A DNA stretch of 33,685 nt. Origin: a virus (taxonomy: Duplodnaviria > Caudoviricetes). Below are positions 9,801 to 17,624 of this stretch, in pieces. The stretch lies in the IMG/VR virus record IMGVR_UViG_3300032290_000684, positions 1-33,685 of that record; one strand, given 5' to 3'. The notes beneath the pieces are model-generated. The model did no database searches. It worked only from the letters and a program-made list of their open reading frames with translations, and had not been told where the DNA came from. Position 1 is the first letter of the stretch. The number at the start of each line of letters is the position of its first letter. A program made the translations under genes and the position numbers.

Positions 9801-12800
9801 GAGCCTATTGACTTTGACATTGATAAATCAAAAGAACAAATTGCTAAAGAAATAGATGGTTTAACTATTCCTGAGCTAGGTCAATGGGCTATTGATAACG
9901 CAAACAATAGTGCGGCAAGAGCAGTTGCCACCAAGGTTAAAAAAGTCTTAGATGGTCTTGCTGCTAAGAAGATGCTTCCAAAAAATGTTCGTGTTCGTAA
10001 TGGCGGTAGCAGATGGAGTACTGGCACACGAGGCAGAACCCGCACTACTTTTAGCAAACTTGGCACTACATTTGAATTAGAGTTCAACGGAATCCCTTCC
10101 GATGGTCAAGCTGACAGATTGACTGGCACAAGATATGTCACCATTTTGCATGAGTTATTGCACGTTGCTACCAATGGTGAGTTGATTTTCCTTAAAGACA
10201 CCAGCCCAATTTACAAAGACTTAAATAACATTCTTACTAAAGTTCGTAAGCAAGTTAAGTTAGATTCTGCTGCTGGCAAAAAAAGTCCAATTCTTTCTAG
10301 TATTGCTCGTGGCGCCAATACCATTAAGAACCCTAAAGAATTGGTCGCTTGGGGTTTAACTGATACAGACTTCCAGCTTTACCTAAGCAACATCAAGGTA
10401 GGAAAGAAGAAAACTTTATTTAATGAGTTGGTAGAAGTATTCCGTAAGTTACTTGGCATTAATGAAGAATATGAGACTGCACTTGAGGCGGTAATTCGTG
10501 CTACCGATCAGATCTTAGAAAAACCAATCTCTGAAATTACTGCGGAAATTGGTAAGACAGGGGTACGTTTTGAAGGCGAAAAGGTTGGCAGACAATTGCA
10601 AACAGATACGCCAGCATTCAAGCGTTGGTTTGGCAATAGCAAAGTTGTTAATGAAGACGGAAGTCCAAAGGTTGTGTACCACGGTACAGATAGGCCAGAC
10701 TATAGTGTATTTAACCCAGCTTCTTATTTTTCAGAATCGCCAAAAGAATCTAGTAGATATACAAATGTAAATGAATTAAAAAAACGGGAGCGTGGATTTA
10801 AAAAATTTACATTAATAGAAGATACTTCTCCTGCTGGCAAAACCGTTCCTTATGCTGGGATTTTAGAAGATCATGGTGATTTTAAGAAAAACGGTATTTA
10901 CGCAACAGACGATGGTGTATATAAATACATAGGCAATGGTAATTTTGAAGCATATAAAAATATTACTTTTGATTACGACACGGCAAAAGATTTGCCTAAT
11001 GGAGATACATCTGTTCAATTAAAAGAAGGGATATCTCAAGATGCTATAGATCGTGTAGAAGGATATAAACAATACCTCAAAGAATACTTCCCTGGCGGTG
11101 AAGGCGGAAGGGTGTATCCAGTTTATTTGTCAATTAAAAATCCTGTTTATTTAGATGCGTTTGAAGCAAATAGACTTGGTTTCCGTCTTGGTGCAACGCC
11201 AGAATTGATTAAGGAAACTATTGATAAATACAAGGCAATGGGCTATGACGGGATTATTACTGAAAGTGATGAGGCACGTCAATATGCTGATGTAAGAAAT
11301 GCTTTAGGTGGCATACCAAAACAATATATTCCATTTGATTCAAACCAAGTTAAGTCTGCTGTTGGAAACAAAGGAACATTTTCTCCTGTTAGAGAAGAAA
11401 TTGATGAAGAAAGTATTGCCCCTATAGCTATGGCTAAAGCTAAGGAGATGTTACAAAAACGCAAGCCTATTCCCATGGGTGCGTTTGCGGACGTAGATCC
11501 AAAGCTAGTCCAATTGGCACAGCCAGTCTTTTATCCACAGCAGAAGACGATTATTGACCGCATAGAGGGATTACGGGATAACTTCTGGAAGAAGACTGCT
11601 CAAGGTATTGCTGACCAATTCCGTGCTATCAAGGACTATACCGAAGAAGGGTATATGCAAGCCCGCCTGTCTAAGACAGTAGACGGTGCGTTAGAGGGAT
11701 TGACATTCTTTGGACAGGTGTTTGACGACAAGGGTGCGTTAAACATTAAACAAGGAACTAAAGGCTTGATGGATATCATGAAGCCGATTGGTAAGGAAGT
11801 AGATCGTTACCAGATGTGGGTTGCACTCAATCGTGAATCCCAATTACCCATGGAAAAGCGCACCAAAATGCCAAACATGGGAGAACTAATCAAGCGTAGG
11901 AATGAGTTTGCAGCAGGGACAATAGATGGCAAACCACGCTTAGAGATCTACGAAAAAGTCCGTAGTGAAATGAACGCTTTGAACAAGTCTGTTCTTAAGG
12001 TTGCCTTAGACAAAGGGCTAATTGATTCTTCCAGACAAAAGATTGATGAGCTAAATACTAGGGACTTCCTAACGACTAAGGATAAGGAAATCCTAACTCG
12101 TCCTTACAGAGAAGAGATTGAGCGTATCGAGAACAAGAAGGCTATGAATGTTACTGAGGAAGATAAAGATATCCTCAAAGATTATCGTGCCTTAATTCGT
12201 GATATCAACTCCCTAAACAATATGACGCCTGACTTGCGTCAAGAGTTGATTGATTATTACACCAATAATCCTGGTGCTTACGAGCGTTTCTCTGCCGACA
12301 TTAACTACATTCCTTTCTACCGTGCCATGGAAGACGGGGATTTACAGGGTGCATCCACAGCATCTGGTCTAACAAACCAACAGTTCTCAAAAGAACTTAC
12401 AGGCGGGGAAAGACCTTATGGCGATTTGATGGAGAATACTCTGCGTAACTGGAGTCATATCCTATCTGCCTCCATGAAGAATCAGGCGTCTAATACCACC
12501 CTAAAGGCAGCCACAGAGTTTGGTGCAGCAATGCCTAACCTAAAAATCCAATACGACTTTATAGATGGCAATGTTGTTAACCGTTCTACGGGCGAAATTA
12601 TTGGGGATGGAGAAGTTAAACCTTATATGACTACTGCCGATAAAGGCACAGTCAAAACTATGAGTGAAGGTCAGCCAATCTACTATCGTGTGCTAGACCC
12701 AATGCTTTTAGACTCCATTAGTTCTATTGGATATATGGGTCCGAAGTCTAAGTTCTTAGACGTAGCCCGTGACTTTAAAAATATGCTTCAGTTTGGTGTA

Positions 12801-14366
12801 ACCGTATCCCCAGCGTTCAAAGTCCGCAACTTGTTCCGTGACTCTATCTCGGCTATTGCAGTAACAGACCTTAAGAAGAACCCATTTACCAACGTTATCG
12901 AGGGATGGGCAGCCAGCGACCGCAACAATCCTGCTCATATCTCTGCCTTGGCTGGCGGTGCAATCTTTAACTTTGGTACTGCTTATGAAGGCGATCAGAG
13001 TAAGTTAATCAAGCGCCTGTTAGATCAGGGTGTAGATGCTAATACCATCCTAGATTCCCCAGAGAAGGTTAAGAAAGGCTTAACAATCCTGTGGGAGAAG
13101 TATAAGGATTGGGGTAATAAGTCTGAAGCCGCTAACCGTATGGCTTTATACAACCAGTTAAAGGCTAAAGGTTATAACCACCTAGAAGCGTCTTTCTACG
13201 CTAGAGACTTACTAGACTTCTCGATGCAAGGTTCATGGCCCGCCTTCCGTTTGGCAGCGCAGACCATCCCATTCTTAAACGCTCGTGTCCAAGGTCTATA
13301 CAAGCTCGGCAGAGACGGTATTACACCGACTACCCGTGTTCTTTACAACACCATCACAGGTAAAGAGATTGAGGCTAATGATGCCCAGAAAGCTCGTGCG
13401 TTTGGCTACACAACCCTAGCCGTAGCCATGGCGTCCATGCTTCTATACCTAACATTCAAAGACGATGAAGAGTTCCAGAAACGGGAAGCATGGGATCGAG
13501 ATAACTTCTGGTGGATTCGTTTGCCAGGTATGGATGCAGCATTCCGTGTGCCTAAGCCATTTGAGATTGGTGCATTCGGTACTATGGCAGAGCGTGTCCT
13601 TGAGCAGATCGTAGATCAAGGCGCTGAAGGTAAAGCCTTTGGAGACAGTATGTTCCGTATGCTCACCGATACGTTTGCTATTAATCCTATCCCACAAGTC
13701 ATCCGTCCACTAGTCGATATCTACGCCAACAAGGACGCCTTTACTGGTGCGCCTATCGAGTCTGCTGGTATGGAAAGGCTATCCAAACAAGAACGTGCAA
13801 CAGACAATACAAGCCCGATTGCACAGGCTTTAGGCGGTCTATCTTCCATCTTTGGAGAGAAGCTATCCCTATCCCCAGTTCAGGTTGATTACGCTATTAA
13901 GGCTTATTTTGGATGGCTAGGGGGTACTGCTACTCAGGCGTCCGTATACGCTACCGTACCATTCAGGGATGGTGCATACCCAGATATCAAGTTAATGGAC
14001 AAGGTAAGCCAAGGCTTTATCAAGAGTCTGCCGTCCGATCAATCACGTTATGTCACATCGTTCTACGAGAACAATAAGGAAATCAATCAAGCCTATGCTG
14101 ATATGCGTCACTACGCAGAGCTTGGAGAGACCGATAAAGTCCAGAAGATCTTAGAAGAGAAGGGCGATAAGATTGCTCTTAACAAGATGTACGATAAGAC
14201 TGCTAAGGAAATGGCTAATGTTCGTGCGCAGATCCGTGTCATTACTAACGATAAGACTATGGATGGCACAACTAAACGAGAGATGATTGATAGGATGAAA
14301 CAGATCTTGTCAATGCTGGCAGAACAAGCAGAAACAACTAGGAAGTCTCTGAAAGCAAACTCATAA
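6837..14366 (+). CDS. Large polyvalent virion protein: ddrB-like ParB, GNAT, zincin HExxH, ART-PolyVal-like and LPD38-like domains
   Basis: 2509 aa. QNRDRS..GAPVV..AGNGR..PVLVR (~8070-8565); RKQGKA..FYSRFGF (~9530-9730); HELLH (10149-10163); TPAFKRWFGNSKVV..VVYHGT..VYLSIKNP..GYDGII..QVKSAVGNKGTF (~10605-11390); WDRDNFW..RVPKPFEIG (~13460 onward). Confidence 0.85.
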   Translation: MPIKEFTGELDKPLELKPFTGTLDNPEDQAKIARGFVGGAKDIGASFVSGVGNLMQLPGQISELVGFTRTGDLPEQQKTGLQALGADIQKFGEEAKSPTLVAKEQLRAREIAKAEGFFQEAGAALRTTVTDPALLTSFFAEQIPNLVGTYGFGALGKGGAKLLMKEATEQAMAKVGVGSAVAGGAVMQGTDVGYDTYQTIYKQLREQGVPDEEAQGIALSKGRVAAIEAAGLSLASARLPGGTAIERALVGKGMPGTAGFLKSTLGEAASEALEEGGGAFAKQVGIQEVFPETDLLKGVGAATALGGLGGVLLGAPAGVVNALRARGEVPPPTPLIPPTETPTGVIPPEVSTLPPETPITDVTQATPPQVTPPEVTQAPPAQVTPPTFAEPAEDPFKNYFTGMPKGSEILFQNRDRSTPASIAQMQSIASAPDYKRVSYSRDFGNGAPVVISDIDIESSLAKYPDSPIGVTGAKDFAVLPNGQSVPMMYAVVENGVLLTSNNADGSKRALYEDPDKPGLRAIAGNGRIAGITKAYTTPENYEAAEKYKSDLIADAKNLGIDPEVVNKMTAPVLVRVMPKSYLTPDIADLSNRPTVARLSPVETAKNDIRRFDLGGLEFNEDGTPSGKTLMQFINAMPVEERTELTDKSGRPTAQAIDRLANAIFQKAYGSDSLIDLYAQAADPEAKTILNALARVAPKMAQLEGAGEYDVRNALIQAAELAVNARRAGTKLADAAKQISMDVDPNAGLVLDMFAKNIRSGKRIGERLNALADEALAQVQAGGTDMFGAVPKKPLSEIYKALETPPEEPGLFAEPVPEKPKTVTDDGGEKLSFPLFVDMADKGYKVLSFDNPRTYQTKNGNKYRTIEKDGVRLALNPGEIIFADPNYPNRSPSLGYGESNEITWHFIGVDKDKRKQGKATQAIQDLIDVADKNNYTLYGEPAELEKGGMTAEQLSNFYSRFGFQPSEVSKKVIIREPNQASKKEIKPESEPIDFDIDKSKEQIAKEIDGLTIPELGQWAIDNANNSAARAVATKVKKVLDGLAAKKMLPKNVRVRNGGSRWSTGTRGRTRTTFSKLGTTFELEFNGIPSDGQADRLTGTRYVTILHELLHVATNGELIFLKDTSPIYKDLNNILTKVRKQVKLDSAAGKKSPILSSIARGANTIKNPKELVAWGLTDTDFQLYLSNIKVGKKKTLFNELVEVFRKLLGINEEYETALEAVIRATDQILEKPISEITAEIGKTGVRFEGEKVGRQLQTDTPAFKRWFGNSKVVNEDGSPKVVYHGTDRPDYSVFNPASYFSESPKESSRYTNVNELKKRERGFKKFTLIEDTSPAGKTVPYAGILEDHGDFKKNGIYATDDGVYKYIGNGNFEAYKNITFDYDTAKDLPNGDTSVQLKEGISQDAIDRVEGYKQYLKEYFPGGEGGRVYPVYLSIKNPVYLDAFEANRLGFRLGATPELIKETIDKYKAMGYDGIITESDEARQYADVRNALGGIPKQYIPFDSNQVKSAVGNKGTFSPVREEIDEESIAPIAMAKAKEMLQKRKPIPMGAFADVDPKLVQLAQPVFYPQQKTIIDRIEGLRDNFWKKTAQGIADQFRAIKDYTEEGYMQARLSKTVDGALEGLTFFGQVFDDKGALNIKQGTKGLMDIMKPIGKEVDRYQMWVALNRESQLPMEKRTKMPNMGELIKRRNEFAAGTIDGKPRLEIYEKVRSEMNALNKSVLKVALDKGLIDSSRQKIDELNTRDFLTTKDKEILTRPYREEIERIENKKAMNVTEEDKDILKDYRALIRDINSLNNMTPDLRQELIDYYTNNPGAYERFSADINYIPFYRAMEDGDLQGASTASGLTNQQFSKELTGGERPYGDLMENTLRNWSHILSASMKNQASNTTLKAATEFGAAMPNLKIQYDFIDGNVVNRSTGEIIGDGEVKPYMTTADKGTVKTMSEGQPIYYRVLDPMLLDSISSIGYMGPKSKFLDVARDFKNMLQFGVTVSPAFKVRNLFRDSISAIAVTDLKKNPFTNVIEGWAASDRNNPAHISALAGGAIFNFGTAYEGDQSKLIKRLLDQGVDANTILDSPEKVKKGLTILWEKYKDWGNKSEAANRMALYNQLKAKGYNHLEASFYARDLLDFSMQGSWPAFRLAAQTIPFLNARVQGLYKLGRDGITPTTRVLYNTITGKEIEANDAQKARAFGYTTLAVAMASMLLYLTFKDDEEFQKREAWDRDNFWWIRLPGMDAAFRVPKPFEIGAFGTMAERVLEQIVDQGAEGKAFGDSMFRMLTDTFAINPIPQVIRPLVDIYANKDAFTGAPIESAGMERLSKQERATDNTSPIAQALGGLSSIFGEKLSLSPVQVDYAIKAYFGWLGGTATQASVYATVPFRDGAYPDIKLMDKVSQGFIKSLPSDQSRYVTSFYENNKEINQAYADMRHYAELGETDKVQKILEEKGDKIALNKMYDKTAKEMANVRAQIRVITNDKTMDGTTKREMIDRMKQILSMLAEQAETTRKSLKANS

Positions 14367-14625
14367 CGTCATTGAGGAGATCCTCCTCGGTGAACCCGTA
14401 GTGCTTTGGGAAGGCTTTAGTTCCTAAACCATGGACGCCTGTGTTCCCACGATGATGCTCTGTGCATAGCGGAATCAGGGTTGTATAGTCTCCCTTACCC
14501 CAGCCCATGCCTTTACGCAGATGATGTAGTTCTACTTCTCCATGGTCTATTCCGTATACCCTACGGCATACCATGCACCCTAGTCTAGCTAGAGTCTGCT
14601 TGTGTTTCTTCTCGTCTTTTATCAC
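14338..14625 (-). CDS. Ref-like (RecA-dependent nuclease family) Zn-binding HNH-type nuclease
   Basis: LGCMVC..ELHH..IPLC.EHH.G..GVH motif set. Overlaps the giant gene convergently by 29 bp. Confidence 0.8.
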   Translation of the reverse strand: MIKDEKKHKQTLARLGCMVCRRVYGIDHGEVELHHLRKGMGWGKGDYTTLIPLCTEHHRGNTGVHGLGTKAFPKHYGFTEEDLLNDVMSLLSETS

Positions 14626-14752
14626 GGGCTACCATCATTTTATCGGCAATATCGTAGGCTTCATCAGCAAAGCTATCTAAAATCAAACCAGTTTCAGTTA
14701 TTAAAGAAGCCATTGCTTTAGCGGCAAAGTAATCCCTCAGTTCGATATCCAT
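14585..14752 (-). CDS. Small conserved phage protein (LRDYFAAKAM type), 55 aa
   Basis: Hand-translated: MDIELRDYFAAKAMASLITETGLILDSFADEAYDIADKMMVARDKRREETQADSS. Start overlaps the upstream TAA. Below the ORF-track cutoff. Confidence 0.8.
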   Translation of the reverse strand: MDIELRDYFAAKAMASLITETGLILDSFADEAYDIADKMMVARDKRREETQADSS

Positions 14753-14973
14753 TAGCATCTCCCATCCATAAGGTCTTCTACTTCCCGTTTTAACTTGGCG
14801 TTTTCTTTTTTAAGGTTATTTATTTCTTCAACCAATAGTTGCATCTGTTGACGCAACATCTCTTCACGGGTCTCCTGTTCTATGTAATCTCCTAGTGTTT
14901 TAACACTAGCACCGCTATCCACGATGTGTGGGGGTGATGCGTTCTCTCTGTCTTCGGTCGTAAACGTAGTCAT
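14752..14973 (-). CDS. Hypothetical coiled-coil protein
   Basis: 73 aa, ATGA coupling, GGAG RBS. Confidence 0.7.
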   Translation of the reverse strand: MTTFTTEDRENASPPHIVDSGASVKTLGDYIEQETREEMLRQQMQLLVEEINNLKKENAKLKREVEDLMDGRC

Positions 14974-15179
14974 CTATCTCTCTCCTTTAATAATTTTTCA
15001 GCGTAGTCAAACTCCTCTTTATGCTTTTTTTCCAGCTCCGCAAATCGTTCTGCCTGTGCCTTATTCATCGCTACGCTAGACTCCAAACCATTTTCTAATT
15101 GAGCAATGTAATCTGCTTGATGACGTAATATATTGGCAACCTCTCGCAACATTTCATCTGCTAATTCGTATGCGTTCAT
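14970..15179 (-). CDS. Hypothetical helical protein
   Basis: 69 aa, ATGA overlap with both neighbours. Confidence 0.7.
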   Translation of the reverse strand: MNAYELADEMLREVANILRHQADYIAQLENGLESSVAMNKAQAERFAELEKKHKEEFDYAEKLLKERDR

Positions 15180-15352
15180 TTTTTATACACCTCTTGTAAT
15201 TTAATTTCAATCTCACCGTTTGCTATTTTTGTTAAATACATTCTTAGGACAGAAGATACAGTCAATCCATTTTCTTCTAATATTTTTTGAGCATCATCAA
15301 ATACTTTCTTATTAACCCTAACCCTGACCATTGCATCTAACTGTTTATTCAT
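15176..15352 (-). CDS. RelB/DinJ-like ribbon-helix-helix protein, 58 aa
   Basis: Hand-translated: MNKQLDAMVRVRVNKKVFDDAQKILEENGLTVSSVLRMYLTKIANGEIEIKLQEVYKK. Matches the DinJ/RelB pattern VR.R(I/V)....A..(I/V)L...GLT.S...R..LTK(I/V)A. ATGA-coupled on both sides. Confidence 0.8.
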   Translation of the reverse strand: MNKQLDAMVRVRVNKKVFDDAQKILEENGLTVSSVLRMYLTKIANGEIEIKLQEVYKK

Positions 15353-15507
15353 TTCTTTTGTGTCTTTCTTGCTTCTTTAATTTCTTGGAGCATTTTTTCC
15401 ATCAGGTCTGCGCAATAACCAACAAAAGGAAATTTGGTTGTTCCATTAGCAACACTTCGTGCCAGCCCAATAGTATTTTCAACTGTTCGTATGCTCACCT
15501 TTCTCAT
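15349..15507 (-). CDS. Mini-gene of the KAQEK array, 52 aa
   Basis: Hand-translated: MRKVSIRTVENTIGLARSVANGTTKFPFVGYCADLMEKMLQEIKEARKTQKK. ATGA-coupled. Confidence 0.7.
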   Translation of the reverse strand: MRKVSIRTVENTIGLARSVANGTTKFPFVGYCADLMEKMLQEIKEARKTQKK

Positions 15508-15662
15508 TTCTCTTGTGCCTTTCCTGTTTCACAAAACATCTGCTTGCTAAACGCATCCAATACCGCTTGCCTTGTTCTGTCATCAGGCATCTCTGCCAAT
15601 TCTTTATTTATCAACTCAGTCATTTCTTCTATAAACTGCTTTGCTGTTATAGCTATAGCCAT
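15504..15662 (-). CDS. Mini-gene of the KAQEK array, 52 aa
   Basis: Hand-translated: MAIAITAKQFIEEMTELINKELAEMPDDRTRQAVLDAFSKQMFCETGKAQEK. TAATG-coupled. Confidence 0.7.
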   Translation of the reverse strand: MAIAITAKQFIEEMTELINKELAEMPDDRTRQAVLDAFSKQMFCETGKAQEK

Positions 15663-15874
15663 TATTTTTCCTGTGCCTTTCTTAATGCTTGCTTAATCAT
15701 GTCAGCATCAGTTGTCTTGTTGATGATTAAATCGTGTATTTCCTCATCTGTTAGTGTCTTTACCTTGACCCAATGTATGTTTTCTACAATTAAATCCGCC
15801 CATTTTTGTATCCCATCAAGATGTAGTCCACAAGCAACTGTTCTTAAATGTGAAATGTATTGTTCTCTATTCAT
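15662..15874 (-). CDS. Mini-gene of the KAQEK array
   Basis: 70 aa with VKTLTDEEI and LRKAQEK modules. Confidence 0.75.
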   Translation of the reverse strand: MNREQYISHLRTVACGLHLDGIQKWADLIVENIHWVKVKTLTDEEIHDLIINKTTDADMIKQALRKAQEK

Positions 15875-16188
15875 TATTCTTGTGCCTTTCTTAGTATTGC
15901 TCTAGCATATTCAATCCAGCCCTCATTAGAATCAATATGGTTTACAACTGCATTACCTACTGCAATTATTTCCTCATCTGTTAGTTCTTTTACTGGATGA
16001 TGGAATTTATGGGCTTTCCACCCTTCTTCTTTGCCAGCTTCAAAACCTTTTTTAAACTGTTCGTCTAGTTCTTTTACTGGATGGGTATATAGTGGAATCA
16101 AATCTTTAAATCCCATTTCTTCAAAGTAATCTACACTTCTTGACACATCACCACCTTGGCTCATCCACGCTACTGGTTCATTGTTCAT
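15874..16188 (-). CDS. Mini-gene of the KAQEK array (EPVAW/IPLYTHP type)
   Basis: 104 aa: NEPVAW..IPLYTHPVKEL..HPVKELTDEEI..ARAILRKAQE. Confidence 0.8.
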   Translation of the reverse strand: MNNEPVAWMSQGGDVSRSVDYFEEMGFKDLIPLYTHPVKELDEQFKKGFEAGKEEGWKAHKFHHPVKELTDEEIIAVGNAVVNHIDSNEGWIEYARAILRKAQE

Positions 16189-16418
16189 TTCTCTTGTGCC
16201 TTTCTTAGTATTGCTCTAGCAAATTCAATTAAATCAGAACCAAGTGTGTAAGGAACTTTGTCTTGAAATTGCAGTATTTCCTCATCTGTTAGTTCTTTTA
16301 CTGGATGGGTATAGAGTGGAATAGTATGTTGCTCATCCTGTTCTCTACGCACTACGGCTTTAATAATATGGTCTGCATCCAAAACATCTCGTGAAATCCA
16401 CGCTACTGGTTCATTCAT
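16185..16418 (-). CDS. Mini-gene of the KAQEK array (EPVAW/IPLYTHP type)
   Basis: 77 aa: NEPVAW..IPLYTHPVKELTDEEI..ARAILRKAQEK. Confidence 0.8.
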   Translation of the reverse strand: MNEPVAWISRDVLDADHIIKAVVRREQDEQHTIPLYTHPVKELTDEEILQFQDKVPYTLGSDLIEFARAILRKAQEK

Positions 16419-16588
16419 TTCTGAATCCTATTCCATAACTCGGACAATGAAATTCCTTTGACCTCTTTCCAGCCAATGTGTACACAGGCATACATAATGA
16501 ACAAGAAGAAGCCAAACACCACCGCAAATATAAGCACCGCACAGGTAGCCACAAACAGGGCAAACATATTAAGTATTGTGACGATCAT
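16415..16588 (-). CDS. Small membrane protein, 57 aa
   Basis: Hand-translated: MIVTILNMFALFVATCAVLIFAVVFGFFLFIMYACVHIGWKEVKGISLSELWNRIQK. Long hydrophobic segment; fills the gap in the coupled operon. Confidence 0.7.
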   Translation of the reverse strand: MIVTILNMFALFVATCAVLIFAVVFGFFLFIMYACVHIGWKEVKGISLSELWNRIQK

Positions 16589-16589
16589 G

Positions 16590-16811
16590 TTAGTGTGCCA
16601 TCAAGATTATGGTTAAAACAAACAAGAGGAACGCAATATAGATACGCTTAAACCAGTACTCTTTATTTAATATACGGGGGTCTTGGATTAGGTAGCTCTG
16701 CAACTCCAACATATCTTCATCCTGTTCCACGTATGGCGGATTGGCTAACTTGTTGAGATAAACTGCGTTGCCAATCTTTATCTTGCCGTTGTTATATGGG
16801 GTAGTTCTCAT
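16590..16811 (-). CDS. Hypothetical protein with C-terminal TM helix
   Basis: 73 aa; TPY.NGKIKIG start, hydrophobic C-terminus, GGAGG RBS. Confidence 0.75.
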   Translation of the reverse strand: MRTTPYNNGKIKIGNAVYLNKLANPPYVEQDEDMLELQSYLIQDPRILNKEYWFKRIYIAFLLFVLTIILMAH

Positions 16812-17161
16812 TCGTCACCTCCTGCAAATTGTTCACTCTTAACCTTCATCAAGCGTTTGTCAAGACCTTCTATAGTTTCATACTTATTTAAAACCAATCT
16901 GTCAGATGTCATACATTTACCATCTCTTGGTCGGTACAAAGTCCCCGTTACTGCATCCATAAGGTATGCGGTCTTTTTCATATCGGTTGCTATATAGACT
17001 GGAGTTACTATCCTTTCTATGCCACTGATATGCCCAAGATAAAGATCCTTATCCCTAATCCAATCTCTTTTTGTAGAACTTTTTGGTCCGATTGGAAAAC
17101 AACTAGAAGTCATAGCACTCATCCCATCCATAGACTTACGAATTGGCGTTGTCTTTAACAT
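16808..17161 (-). CDS. Hypothetical protein
   Basis: 117 aa, coupled to neighbours, YLMDAVTGTLY motif. Confidence 0.7.
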   Translation of the reverse strand: MLKTTPIRKSMDGMSAMTSSCFPIGPKSSTKRDWIRDKDLYLGHISGIERIVTPVYIATDMKKTAYLMDAVTGTLYRPRDGKCMTSDRLVLNKYETIEGLDKRLMKVKSEQFAGGDE

Positions 17162-17331
17162 TACTTTCTCCCCTTACGCACAGTTTTAATACCCATTTCA
17201 GGCTTTTCATCACGTGCTTCAACAAGCATATCTGCTATCTCCCATATTGCTTTTGGATTTACTTCACCCTTTATAGCAAACCCAACTGTCAACATAAATG
17301 CAAAACAATCTCTACGATCTTCATCGTTCAT
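17161..17331 (-). CDS. Small phage protein (RDCFA..IAD..EAR type), 56 aa
   Basis: Hand-translated: MNDEDRRDCFAFMLTVGFAIKGEVNPKAIWEIADMLVEARDEKPEMGIKTVRKGRK. GGAG RBS, ATGA overlap. Confidence 0.75.
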   Translation of the reverse strand: MNDEDRRDCFAFMLTVGFAIKGEVNPKAIWEIADMLVEARDEKPEMGIKTVRKGRK

Positions 17332-17624
17332 TTAGTCTTCTCCATAGCATTGATGCTGTCAGCCAAAATGTCAGCCAAGTATTTACCTCGCACCGCAATA
17401 TGTTCAATCTCCTTGCATAAATCTATAACTGAGATTGCATCTTTGAGCGCACGGTTATACCCAGCAGAGTATTCGTCCTTCCCATCTAGCATCATAGATA
17501 CGGCATCACGGACAAGACTAGACGCCTTCCGTTGCCCAGCCATCTTCTTTAACTTGTCTACGTGTTCTGTATACAGGTAAAGGTTATATGGCACTAATTT
17601 CTTATCTGTCATGATCTCTTCCAA
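17328..17624 (-). CDS. Ribbon-helix-helix-type DNA-binding protein
   Basis: VPYNLYL..EHVDKLKK...ASSLVRDAV strand-helix-helix pattern. The start may be the second Met. Confidence 0.6.
   Translation of the reverse strand: MEEIMTDKKLVPYNLYLYTEHVDKLKKMAGQRKASSLVRDAVSMMLDGKDEYSAGYNRALKDAISVIDLCKEIEHIAVRGKYLADILADSINAMEKTK

Larger units (their letters stand above)
15349..16415. repeat. Interspersed direct-repeat modules shared among mini-genes
   Basis: Gene-end module at 15349, 15504, 15662, 15874 and 16185; identical 32-mer at 15968-15999 and 16276-16307 (18-bp part at 15738); 33-mer with 1 mismatch at 16066-16098 and 16290-16322; identical 20-mer at 16163-16182 and 16396-16415. Confidence 0.95.

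Noticed and set aside
7478-10087. Antisense ORFs within the giant gene
   Set aside because: Shadows of the sense codon bias, with no RBS or recognisable motifs.
15349-16418. CRISPR array or DGR template/variable repeat
   Set aside because: The repeats are in-frame coding modules with irregular spacing. I saw no adenine-specific mismatch pattern, and no reverse transcriptase or cas operon in the window.
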